This document shows positions 50,651 to 59,395 of a DNA stretch of 64,000 nt, piece by piece; the stretch's first letter is position 1, and every line of letters starts with the position of its first letter. The stretch is from Trichormus sp. ATA11-4-KO1 (lineage in GTDB: Bacteria > Cyanobacteriota > Cyanobacteriia > Cyanobacteriales > Nostocaceae), in assembly GCA_019358915.1 (NCBI GenBank), contig JAHHIM010000006.1, positions 64,001 to 128,000 on the forward strand, written 5' to 3'. Made by a program: the position numbers and the translations under genes. The notes beneath the pieces were generated by a model. It worked only from the letters and a program-made list of their open reading frames with translations. It did no database searches and was not told the origin of the DNA.

Positions 50651-51784
50651 CTAAACCACAAAACTCTCAGTAAAACTGGCATTTTGGAGAACAACACTGA
50701 CACTGAAGCGATCGCCTGGGTCAGCTGTAAACTTAAATTGTATATAGTCGTCTTGTGGACGTATTTCTACTTCAAAAAAGGAATTTCCGGTTTCGTCCAA
50801 CCCGATTAATTTCAATCCTGATGGTAGCGAAGACGGTTTTTCTAGTTGATACAATCGCAAGAGAATTAACACTCTATTATCTAACTTGGGCAAAATACCC
50901 ACCATCAGTAAGACAGGATATCCCAGCAGGTAAATGCCTAAATCTTTCCCACTGATTACCGGAGAGGCGGGATGTTGGGGATTAAGTTCCCACAGAACTT
51001 CAGCCGCTTGCCAACGAATTTCGTCATCTTGAGTAGTTTGGATGAGATTTTCCAAAGCTGCTGGGAAATCCAGGTTAACTGAAATGGGTTGTACCAAATT
51101 ACGCGTATGTCGGCGATAGAGTTGTTCAACTCGTTGGCGAATGGGGTCATTACTGCGTTGTAGTTGCATCTGTGACCCACAAAATTTTAAAGTTGCTTTT
51201 TGGATATTATTCAGTAAATCTTTTGGGGGTTGCCAATCGGATTCAAATATGCGTTTGCGCCATTCTTGCAGTTGGACAATTGGTTGTGGCGATCGCTCTG
51301 AGGTCAAATGCTCTAGAAATACATCAAGTGGTTGAAAATAACTGCGTGGTAATTCCGACACTGAGACGGATTCTACAAATCCTACAATTTGTCCCTCTTG
51401 GTAAGGTTCATCGAGTTGAATGATGACGTAGCCAATGCGTTCTGACCAAACTTCTGCGGGAATTAGACATTTGCGATCGCCTTGACGTAGGGAACGACAC
51501 TCTAAAAAGCCTGACAATGCTGGAATATATAAATCAGCAACGTTTTCTAACAGACGTTCTAGAGGATTCCAACTATGACTAACTTCTAAATCGGTATCAA
51601 TTCCCAACAGTTGCAAACAACGCTGAGTCACCAACACAGCTAAGGTATTCCGATAAACTTGCTCTGATCGTTTTGGGGTTGGCTGTTGTTGAGCAAACTG
51701 ATAGGCTTGTTGGCGATCGCTAGCTGTAATGGGAATAGCAATCGGGGTGAATTTTGTAGCGGTATCAATCATGATTCGTATCAA
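50651..51784 (-). CDS. DUF1822 family protein
   Basis: FAQQQ...VYRNTLAV, ADLYIP..LECR, EVWSERIGYVIIQ and LPSGLKL...DDYIQFKF...ESFVV motifs. Confidence 0.85.
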   Translation of the reverse strand: MIRIMIDTATKFTPIAIPITASDRQQAYQFAQQQPTPKRSEQVYRNTLAVLVTQRCLQLLGIDTDLEVSHSWNPLERLLENVADLYIPALSGFLECRSLRQGDRKCLIPAEVWSERIGYVIIQLDEPYQEGQIVGFVESVSVSELPRSYFQPLDVFLEHLTSERSPQPIVQLQEWRKRIFESDWQPPKDLLNNIQKATLKFCGSQMQLQRSNDPIRQRVEQLYRRHTRNLVQPISVNLDFPAALENLIQTTQDDEIRWQAAEVLWELNPQHPASPVISGKDLGIYLLGYPVLLMVGILPKLDNRVLILLRLYQLEKPSSLPSGLKLIGLDETGNSFFEVEIRPQDDYIQFKFTADPGDRFSVSVVLQNASFTESFVV

Positions 51785-51812
51785 AGAAAATATCTGGAAA
51801 CTTTAGAGGACA

Positions 51813-52526
51813 TTATTCAGACAACAACTGTTTAAAAATCCGGAAACAGCGTGTGCGACAAAATCTTTTCAGTGATGATGCTGCAACTCCATAATTTTGA
51901 GCGATCGTATCCCAAGAAAATTTTTCTGTTTCTGAATCGCGCAACACTATTAATATCTGCGTCAACACAATCTGACAGTTGACATGAGGATGTTTCTGCA
52001 TTTGACAATTTTTGAGTAAATGCGGATTATTTTGCACTAACTCTAGCCATTCTTTGATCGTTTGCTTCAAAGGAGGAAGAGGAGGCGGATAAATCCATTC
52101 GTTATCTTCTCTATCTGGAGGAAGACGTAAACGATTTTTCTCTTCCTTGGCTCTTTCTCGAATGACATCTAGAATCATCCATCTCAGCTTTTGGTTAAAC
52201 CAGGTAACAAAGCTGGCCTTTTCTGGGTTATACCTCTGACAAAAATCTTCTAAAAACCATACCCAAGTTCGTGATAGTGCTTCACTATAGACATCTGGTG
52301 ATATCCTATTGCCACACCAAATCAATCGAGAAGAAGTCATCATTGTGATGATAAAAGTCTTAACTTGATTTGGGTCATCAGGTTGACACGCTTGCTCAAA
52401 TAGCCATTGACGAGCAGGAATATCGTTGATAATTTCCTGGAGCTTTTGACGGTGCTGTAATAGCCTGCTCTTTTCAATTGGGTCATTAAAAGCAGCTTGC
52501 AGTAAATCCCTCAAGTCATTACACAT
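51813..52526 (-). CDS. Sigma-70/ECF-like (HetZ-related) DNA-binding protein
   Basis: Region-2-like YSEALSRTW...YNPEKASFVTWFNQKL; region-4-like SWDTIAQNYGVAASSLKRF HTH. Confidence 0.75.
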   Translation of the reverse strand: MCNDLRDLLQAAFNDPIEKSRLLQHRQKLQEIINDIPARQWLFEQACQPDDPNQVKTFIITMMTSSRLIWCGNRISPDVYSEALSRTWVWFLEDFCQRYNPEKASFVTWFNQKLRWMILDVIRERAKEEKNRLRLPPDREDNEWIYPPPLPPLKQTIKEWLELVQNNPHLLKNCQMQKHPHVNCQIVLTQILIVLRDSETEKFSWDTIAQNYGVAASSLKRFCRTRCFRIFKQLLSE

Positions 52527-52793
52527 AAGGGTTATCCAGACCCAATCAATTCAGGTTTGAATTTCATGACAGTACCTAACCTCCCCTTACTTGCCTAGTA
52601 GGTTATCGGAAGTAGAAACTGGAATATTCCCAATTGTTTACAAAATGTTATTTATTAAGGCGAGATAGGAGAAATGAGTGCCTTTCTGAGTGCTTCCTTC
52701 CTGAGTGCGCTTGCCCTGAGCGAAGTCGCAGGGGAGTGCTGAGTGAGGAGTAGGAATTTAACCTCCTACTTCCCCCTATTCCCCACTCCCTAA

Positions 52794-54005
52794 CTAACGC
52801 AATGATTCAATTGTCGGTGAACCATCAGATTTAATCCAAGCAATTTGGGCAATACCGCGATCGCTTGCGTATTGCCTAATAGCTTGTGTATCTCTGCCGC
52901 CCAAGTCCATTTCTACACGTACCAAGTTAGTAGAATCACGCAGTTTTTGTGCGTAGGCAAAGGCGGCAGCCTCAGCAGTTGGTGTTTCTGCTACTACTAA
53001 CCAGTTACTCGCTGGGGTTGCCTGGGGTAATTGCTGAGTAGATAAAAGAACTTGGTATAAATCTTCGATGTTGAGGACAAAACCAATTCCGGGGATGTTT
53101 TCTCCTTGGGGATGATACAGTCCCAAAAGCTTGTCGTAGCGCCCACCGCGCCCTAAAACCCTTGCTTGCGACCCAGTATCACTGACAACTTCAAAGACTA
53201 TACCTGTGTAGTAATCTATAGTTTGGATCAGGCTAAGGTCAAGAATTAAAGGAAATTCCCCTTCCGATTTTAATAACTCTACCAGAGATTTAAGGTTATT
53301 TACTATCTCTTGTTGTTCTGCGTCTAAACCTAAGCTACTAACTTTTTGCAAGACATCAGCACTGTCACCGCGCAGATCCATCATGATTCTGGCGCGATCG
53401 CGCAATTCATCGCTCAGGGGTAAAGTATCTATGGCAATGCGGTCGAGATGGGCGATCGCACTGCGAACTTTAGCTTGGAGATGAGCGGGAAAGGCATCAA
53501 GGAGCGATCGCGTGATTCCCGCTTCGCCTAGAATCAAATGCCAATTCTGCAAACCCAGCGCTGACAAACAATTTGCCGCTAATAGCAGCACTTCTGCATT
53601 GGACAGCAATCCGCCGACACCCAACAACTCAACCCCAGCTTGATAAAACTCTTGCTGGCGATTGTGCCTGTTTTCCCAGGTACGGCGGAAGACGTTGGCA
53701 TTGTAGTACAAGCGTTGCGGATAAGTAACACCTGCCATCCGCGTGACAACTGCACGAGCAATGGAGGCTGTCAATTCTGGACGCAATCCTAACTCTTCAT
53801 CTTCAGTACTTTGCAGTTGAATCACCATTTGGCGTTGAATTGCTTCCCCTGCCATCAATGTATCCATTCGTTCCAACGTCGAAGTGATAATCCTGTGATA
53901 TCCCCAACGATGAAACACCTGCTGTAACCTATCTTCAATCCAGCGTTTTTGAGCCACATCTAAAGGTAATAAATCCCTGGCTCCCGCTGCTGGTTGATAC
54001 ACCAT
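52794..54005 (-). CDS. hisZ: ATP phosphoribosyltransferase regulatory subunit
   Basis: GARDLLP, LRPELTASIAR, QEFYQAGVEL, YYTG and GGRYD motifs. Confidence 0.95.
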   Translation of the reverse strand: MVYQPAAGARDLLPLDVAQKRWIEDRLQQVFHRWGYHRIITSTLERMDTLMAGEAIQRQMVIQLQSTEDEELGLRPELTASIARAVVTRMAGVTYPQRLYYNANVFRRTWENRHNRQQEFYQAGVELLGVGGLLSNAEVLLLAANCLSALGLQNWHLILGEAGITRSLLDAFPAHLQAKVRSAIAHLDRIAIDTLPLSDELRDRARIMMDLRGDSADVLQKVSSLGLDAEQQEIVNNLKSLVELLKSEGEFPLILDLSLIQTIDYYTGIVFEVVSDTGSQARVLGRGGRYDKLLGLYHPQGENIPGIGFVLNIEDLYQVLLSTQQLPQATPASNWLVVAETPTAEAAAFAYAQKLRDSTNLVRVEMDLGGRDTQAIRQYASDRGIAQIAWIKSDGSPTIESLR

Positions 54006-54973
54006 TATTTTTTCTTCCCACCAAACAAACCACCAAACAAACCGCCACCCCCAGACTTATCTGGTTGCTGACTTCCCACCGTCCGAGGTGAAGTCACTTT
54101 CGAGCCACTAGATTGTTGCCCCAAAGCCTTTTCTATTTTAGGTTTCCATGTCAACGCTATTTCATCTTTAGGGTCTAATTTCAGAGCATTATCAAAGTGA
54201 ATTTTGGCCATTTTTAGCTGATTTTGCTTTAAATACACCAAAGCAATCAAACTATGACAATGACTATTCTTCGGTTCTAGCTTCAGAGCATCTTGTAACT
54301 CCACCTTGGCTTGGACAAATTGGTTTTTGTCAATCAAAGTTTGAGCGCGACGGATATATTGCTCTACAGCCGAATCTTCTTTTGGTGGGGCTGGTGGGGG
54401 TGGAGGTGCTGTATTTGGCTTGGGCACACTTGAGTTACTGGCAGATTTTGCAGGTGAAACTGGCGCTGTGGCAGCTTTGCCAGCACTCCGCATCAAGTAA
54501 ACTAGATTTAATTCGCTGATTTGGGCTATGACTTGAATTGATTGCGGCAACGAGTCATATTGAGTTGCGGCCATTTTCGCGATCGCACTTCTATAGCAAT
54601 GATCAATATTAGGCGCAGCAGCTAACTGTTTAGCTAAGTCGCTACTCAATTCCACCGAAGCAGATTCTTGAACCAAACGCTTGCCCATTTGAGACAAAAC
54701 TATGATGTATTCTGCGCGACTGCTTTCTGCTGACAGTTTTTCGTAAGCTGGGTTAACCAACTTTGATAATAATTCATTAGCTAGCTGTTTTTCCGCCCCC
54801 GAGCTAATAGTGCTGCTATCAGGGTGCAGGCGGCGAGCAATTTGCAGATAACGTTTGCGTATATCTTTTACATCCGCATCAACAGAAACACACAAAATTG
54901 CGTGATGGTCTATGAAATCATATTTAAACAATCCAATATCTATTTTTAAAGACATAGAGCGGTTTTGCACCAA
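54005..54973 (-). CDS. DnaJ-domain plus TPR protein
   Basis: ARRLHPD J-domain motif; C-terminal TPRs; GGLFGGLFGGKKK tail. Confidence 0.9.
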   Translation of the reverse strand: MVQNRSMSLKIDIGLFKYDFIDHHAILCVSVDADVKDIRKRYLQIARRLHPDSSTISSGAEKQLANELLSKLVNPAYEKLSAESSRAEYIIVLSQMGKRLVQESASVELSSDLAKQLAAAPNIDHCYRSAIAKMAATQYDSLPQSIQVIAQISELNLVYLMRSAGKAATAPVSPAKSASNSSVPKPNTAPPPPPAPPKEDSAVEQYIRRAQTLIDKNQFVQAKVELQDALKLEPKNSHCHSLIALVYLKQNQLKMAKIHFDNALKLDPKDEIALTWKPKIEKALGQQSSGSKVTSPRTVGSQQPDKSGGGGLFGGLFGGKKK

Positions 54974-55078
54974 AGGAGCCGTTAGATTTTTTCTAGTTTA
55001 CTTCGCGTAAACGGTGATTTGTAAGGTGGGTAGGCATTGGGCATTGGGAAAATTATTTTCCCTATCCCCTTGTCCCCC

Positions 55079-55891
55079 TCACTTCCAGCTTGATAAGGGT
55101 GGAACTTTTACCAATTCATGACTTAGGTAGTCGTGGATTTTACCATTGGTTGCGAGAATTCTCCCTGATGCAATTTTGCAGGGAGTACCATCATAGGCAG
55201 TGACTTTACCGCCAGCCTCTTGTGGTAAAATTACACCAGCGACAACATCCCAAGGTGAAATTCCCCTTTCCCAGTAACCATCGACACGCCCACAGGCAAC
55301 ATAGGCTAAATCTAAGGCTGCGGAACCGCTACGCCTAACGCCTTGGGTGAGATGGGTGAGGTGACAAAATTCCGCGTAGTTGTTATCTGATGTTTCCCGG
55401 CGATCATAAGCAAATCCCGTTACTAATAGACTTTTACTCAGTTCAGATGTTTCGGAAACCTTAATTGAGCGACGATTGCGCGTTGCACCCAATCCAGTTG
55501 CCGCCCGGAATAACTCATCGTGAAGAGGGTCATAAATTACACCAACTTGCGGCATACCATTAATTAATAACCCAATGGAAACAGCAAAAGCGGGGTATTG
55601 GTGAGCATAGTTGGTTGTACCATCTAAAGGGTCAATTGCCCAGAGATACTCATTATCTTGATTTCCCAGTTTCCCCGATTCTTCAGCCAAAATAGAGTGC
55701 TGAGGAAAGTGGCGACGCAAAACTTCTAAAATCACCACTTCCGAGGCTTTATCGGCAGCAGTGACTAAATCACCAGGACGACCTTTTTCAGTAATGGCAT
55801 CTTCTAATTTACCCAAATAATCCTGCAAAACCTTACCCGCAGACAGCGCCGCTTCCGTAGCAATATCGAGAAAAATTTGTAAATTAGTCAT
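55079..55891 (-). CDS. suhB: Inositol monophosphatase family protein
   Basis: DLVTAAD, AEE, WAIDPLDGTTNY, RRSGSAALD and WDVVAG motifs. Confidence 0.93.
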   Translation of the reverse strand: MTNLQIFLDIATEAALSAGKVLQDYLGKLEDAITEKGRPGDLVTAADKASEVVILEVLRRHFPQHSILAEESGKLGNQDNEYLWAIDPLDGTTNYAHQYPAFAVSIGLLINGMPQVGVIYDPLHDELFRAATGLGATRNRRSIKVSETSELSKSLLVTGFAYDRRETSDNNYAEFCHLTHLTQGVRRSGSAALDLAYVACGRVDGYWERGISPWDVVAGVILPQEAGGKVTAYDGTPCKIASGRILATNGKIHDYLSHELVKVPPLSSWK

Positions 55892-55960
55892 TTGTCATTA
55901 GTCATTGGTCATTGGGCATTCTTCTTGTCTCCTACTCAGCACTCAGGAAGGAAGCACTTT

Positions 55961-56482
55961 CTATAGATTCCGCCGCCGAAACTCAGCAGGAGGGACACGC
56001 ATGGGTTTTTCTGGGTGCCAAATTCCTTTTCCCATGAGTCTAGCCCATTGTTGAGCGCGTTCCAAGCGCTGGTCATATTTGTGGTTAGGCGATCGCCCCA
56101 CAAACAACGCATACCCTTGTTTGACTACTTGTTCATTCAATAACTGCTGATCTCTCCATACATAAGCCAAAGTCCGCCCAATTTTGTCTTTGGCTTCAAG
56201 ATCAAATTCCAGGGTTACGGGTTTTTCTAGATCACCAATTAACTTCTCTAAAAGTTGCCTGGCTTCATCTCCCCAAGGCTGTTGTTGCAAATCTGGTGCA
56301 TCAATTCCCACTAATCGGACTCGGGAAATCAAATTTGGTTGTTCAGCCATGCCTAAAACTTCCAAACTTTGCCCACTGACTACCCGCGCTACTTTCACCT
56401 GCACCTGATTGCTTGCAGATTGATTGTTACCTTGACAACTCACCAGCAGCAGCAAGCAACCTAAAATGACTATTTTTCGCAC
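55961..56482 (-). CDS. Thermonuclease (SNase-like) lipoprotein
   Basis: LVSC lipobox; RVRLVGIDAP and DKIGRTLAYV motifs. GTG 56482 is preferred over the ORF-track start 56566, which reads through a repeat. Confidence 0.88.
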   Translation of the reverse strand: MRKIVILGCLLLLVSCQGNNQSASNQVQVKVARVVSGQSLEVLGMAEQPNLISRVRLVGIDAPDLQQQPWGDEARQLLEKLIGDLEKPVTLEFDLEAKDKIGRTLAYVWRDQQLLNEQVVKQGYALFVGRSPNHKYDQRLERAQQWARLMGKGIWHPEKPMRVPPAEFRRRNL

Positions 56483-56555
56483 CCAGAGATCCACAAGCGC
56501 CACCAGAGTTATAATTTTTACCTTTGCGTCTCTGCGTCTTTGCGCGAACAAAATC

Positions 56556-56924
56556 TTAATCCTCATCTAAAGGTAAACCCGCCTTAACTCTACCCTTAGC
56601 AAAATAGCGCCCAAACTGGAGTTCATAAACCTCATCCTCATCTTGAGTTTCCACCTCCAAGTCAGAACGGGCATAACTCACACATAACAAAGCATAACCT
56701 TGCCGCCGCAACTCCGGTGACAATCCGACTGCCTCTGGTTGGTAAATTTCTCCAGACAATACTCTAACAGCACAAGTTGTGCAAGCTCCATTACGGCAAG
56801 AAAACGGTAGTTCCACCCCTTGCTGTTCGGCAGTGTGCAGGATGTAGCGGTCTTCTGGAACTTGGAGGGTAAATTCTTTACCAGTGGCGCGATCGCGGAT
56901 TTTAATTGTGTATGTACGGGACAT
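56556..56924 (-). CDS. 2Fe-2S ferredoxin with a C-terminal extension (Fed2/FdC2 type)
   Basis: PFSCRNGACTTC...LLCV; C-terminal QDEDEVYELQFGRYF. Confidence 0.9.
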   Translation of the reverse strand: MSRTYTIKIRDRATGKEFTLQVPEDRYILHTAEQQGVELPFSCRNGACTTCAVRVLSGEIYQPEAVGLSPELRRQGYALLCVSYARSDLEVETQDEDEVYELQFGRYFAKGRVKAGLPLDED

Positions 56925-57033
56925 TTTGATTTGAGGTTGGGGAATTTAACTTTTCAGCTTTAATCTAAGTTATGTCTGCTTCTATCTTTGCATTTTTCAG
57001 GATTTCGTAGTACAATCGTAAATCGTGGCACCT

Positions 57034-57120
57034 GGAGAGGTGGCCGAGTGGTTGAAGGCGCAGACCTGGAAAGTCTGTTATGCGGAAACGTATACGAGGG
57101 TTCGAATCCCTCCCTCTCCG
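57034..57120 (+). tRNA. tRNA-Ser(GGA)
   Basis: GGAGAGG acceptor stem, CAGAC-CTGGAAA-GTCTG anticodon arm, long variable arm, GGTTCGAATCC T-arm and G discriminator; CCA not encoded. Confidence 0.96.
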
Positions 57121-57241
57121 TTTTTAAATTTCTTACTAGATCAGCATTCTAGCGAGTTTTCCACCAATCATTTTCATAACTTGGTTGGATGGGCAAAAGG
57201 AGGGGTATGATGCCCTCCTACACTTCAACAAATTTAAATCC

Positions 57242-57619
57242 TTACATTCCCAGTAAGCTAATTACCTCCTCTAAGTGATTCTTAGCTTTATAGATAGCAA
57301 TCAGTTTTTCCTGGTCATATCTGGCTGGTATTGTCATTCTCCTGCCCTCAAATGAGATTCTTAGCAGTGCTGCTTGCTCTGTTGTGGGGCTACCCATCTC
57401 ATCTAACGTGCTACCTATCTCTTGCAAGCTAGCAAATGATGGTGATTTCAACCCTTCACCTTTTTCTAGTTGATGTATTGCTAATACTGGAAATGCCATC
57501 AGGGATGTGATGTAGCTGGTTTTGTATCCACCATTCCCAGTGGGTCGCAAACCGTATCGATTACAGAGAATTTTTAACTGTGGAACGCTCAACAGTTCAA
57601 GTTCAGTACGAGTGAACAT
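57242..57619 (-). CDS. Hypothetical protein with an N-terminal SAP/Rho-N-like helix-extension-helix
   Basis: AAGAGG RBS before MFTRTELELLSVPQLKILCNRYGLRPTG...KTSYITSL. Confidence 0.65.
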   Translation of the reverse strand: MFTRTELELLSVPQLKILCNRYGLRPTGNGGYKTSYITSLMAFPVLAIHQLEKGEGLKSPSFASLQEIGSTLDEMGSPTTEQAALLRISFEGRRMTIPARYDQEKLIAIYKAKNHLEEVISLLGM

Positions 57620-57649
57620 AGAATAGTAATGCCTCTTTTTAAAAGTGGT

Positions 57650-57690
57650 ATCGGTAGGTAACAAGTTTCTCAGGCTGATTACCTACCGAT
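57650..57690. other. 12-bp perfect inverted repeat between divergent small genes
   Basis: ATCGGTAGGTAA...TTACCTACCGAT. Confidence 0.7.
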
Positions 57691-57748
57691 TAAATAGTCT
57701 AATTAGTTGTGTACATCTGATTCAAGCATTAGTTATATTTCTAAACAG

Positions 57749-57940
57749 ATGCCCAATCCTAAAGGAACCCCAGAAAATTTAGAACCATCAAAACCAAAGG
57801 GTGATGAACCTATGACGGCAACTGTTAGCTTTAGATGTACTGAATCAATGAAGGAAGCTGTTAAATCTCAAGCAGACCCTCCTGAATTTTGCCGTCAAGC
57901 TATCCAAGAGAAACTAGACAAGAACAAGTCTTCCTCATGA
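57749..57940 (+). CDS. Small ribbon-helix-helix (CopG-like) DNA-binding protein
   Basis: MPNPKGTPENL...TVSFRCTESMKEAVK...EFCRQAIQEKL. Confidence 0.7.
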   Translation: MPNPKGTPENLEPSKPKGDEPMTATVSFRCTESMKEAVKSQADPPEFCRQAIQEKLDKNKSSS

Positions 57941-58016
57941 AGATGGGCGTAATTAGCCTGCTAATCACATTTGTGTACTCAGCACTCCCCTTCGACTTCG
58001 CTCAGGGCAAGCGCAC

Positions 58017-58931
58017 TCAGCACTCAGCACTCAGCACTAAGTGTGGTAAAAACCGCCGAATTAATCCAATAGTCACTGCGGGTAGTTCCAACTGTGGCGT
58101 TAAACCCACATTTTCCAACGGTTGAAATACTCGGATAGCTTGGGGATTTTTCTCAGCTAGACGACGACCAATTTCGGGGCCAGTAAATTCTGACTGTTGT
58201 CCCCAAATAATTGCGGTGGGAATTGTCAACTGTTGAATGTATAAGGACAAATCAAAACACAAGTCGCCACGCACAAAAGATAACGCCGCATATTCAGCAT
58301 TCGGTTGTAGGGCAGATTGTAAATAAGCCTCAACAATTTCTGCGTATATGCGATTGGGTTGGGCAAATTGCCGTTGCTCTAAAAAGCTACGAATACCGCC
58401 ACTAGTGGCGATTCCAGTGCTGTAGAGCAAACGATCAAGCACCGGAACTTTGACTATTTGGGCAAACAAGCTGCGAGAATAATCTTCGCCAAAATCGGCA
58501 AGTCCGGCGGGTGTGACGAGAATTAAAGACTTGAATAAATCAGGATGGGCGATCGCGACGCGAATTGTCAAGGCCGCAGTTAGAGAAGAGGCGATCGCTG
58601 TTACGGGGCCTGTACAAGTCTGCTGGAAAAACTCCCGAATCGTCGTCAAATAATCGTCAATGCTGTAATTCCGTACTGGATGCTCAGACCTACCCCAACC
58701 TATTAAATCTGGTGCGAGGATGCGATATTCCGCCGCAAAAGCCGGATAAACTTTTGACCACTCATAGGCAGAAGACCCACCACCAAAGCCGTGCAGGAAC
58801 ACCAAAGTTTCTTTGTCGTCATTTTGGGAAGAGGCCTGATCCTGCCAAGGTGAGCTAGTAGCAGTATAGTAAACCATCTTACCCAGTGAAGTTATTATGG
58901 AACGTTGCTCAAATCCTTGTGGCTGAAACAT
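58017..58931 (-). CDS. Alpha/beta-fold hydrolase
   Basis: FLHGFGGGSS, APDLIGWGRS and IASSLT motifs. Confidence 0.9.
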   Translation of the reverse strand: MFQPQGFEQRSIITSLGKMVYYTATSSPWQDQASSQNDDKETLVFLHGFGGGSSAYEWSKVYPAFAAEYRILAPDLIGWGRSEHPVRNYSIDDYLTTIREFFQQTCTGPVTAIASSLTAALTIRVAIAHPDLFKSLILVTPAGLADFGEDYSRSLFAQIVKVPVLDRLLYSTGIATSGGIRSFLEQRQFAQPNRIYAEIVEAYLQSALQPNAEYAALSFVRGDLCFDLSLYIQQLTIPTAIIWGQQSEFTGPEIGRRLAEKNPQAIRVFQPLENVGLTPQLELPAVTIGLIRRFLPHLVLSAEC

Positions 58932-59395
58932 AATTATTTGTGAAATTTCTGTTATGTTTGCTGGGTGCTGCTGATAATTGCTTCACCCTAAAAAGCTTAC
59001 TCATGCAAATCAAACTCCCCACAATTGTTATTATCAGCGAACCAATAATTTTGACACCTCTGGCCACCGTCAGATTAAGTAGATGTAAAATTACTGCCTC
59101 AGTTATAAAGTTTTAGTGATTTTTTTTTCAAGCTTCGGAAATCGATTTGCTTTTAATTACCAATATACAAAGGTTTTTGCGACTTTATACTAGTAAATAG
59201 TATCACCTATTAGAGAATTACTAGATGAATTTTCATGGTACTCTATCAGAAAAATCACGGTTAATTTTCAACGTCCGAAATAGTCGCAATGCTCATCAAG
59301 AAAGGTTATTATTTATAGTTCTGCACACAAAAAGAATAGCTTTTAATTTAATTAATCTTTTTATATTTCTCTAGTTAATAAACAGGCGGGGTGTC

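Noticed and set aside
57025..57210. 61-aa ORF
   Set aside because: It overlaps the tRNA-Ser gene.
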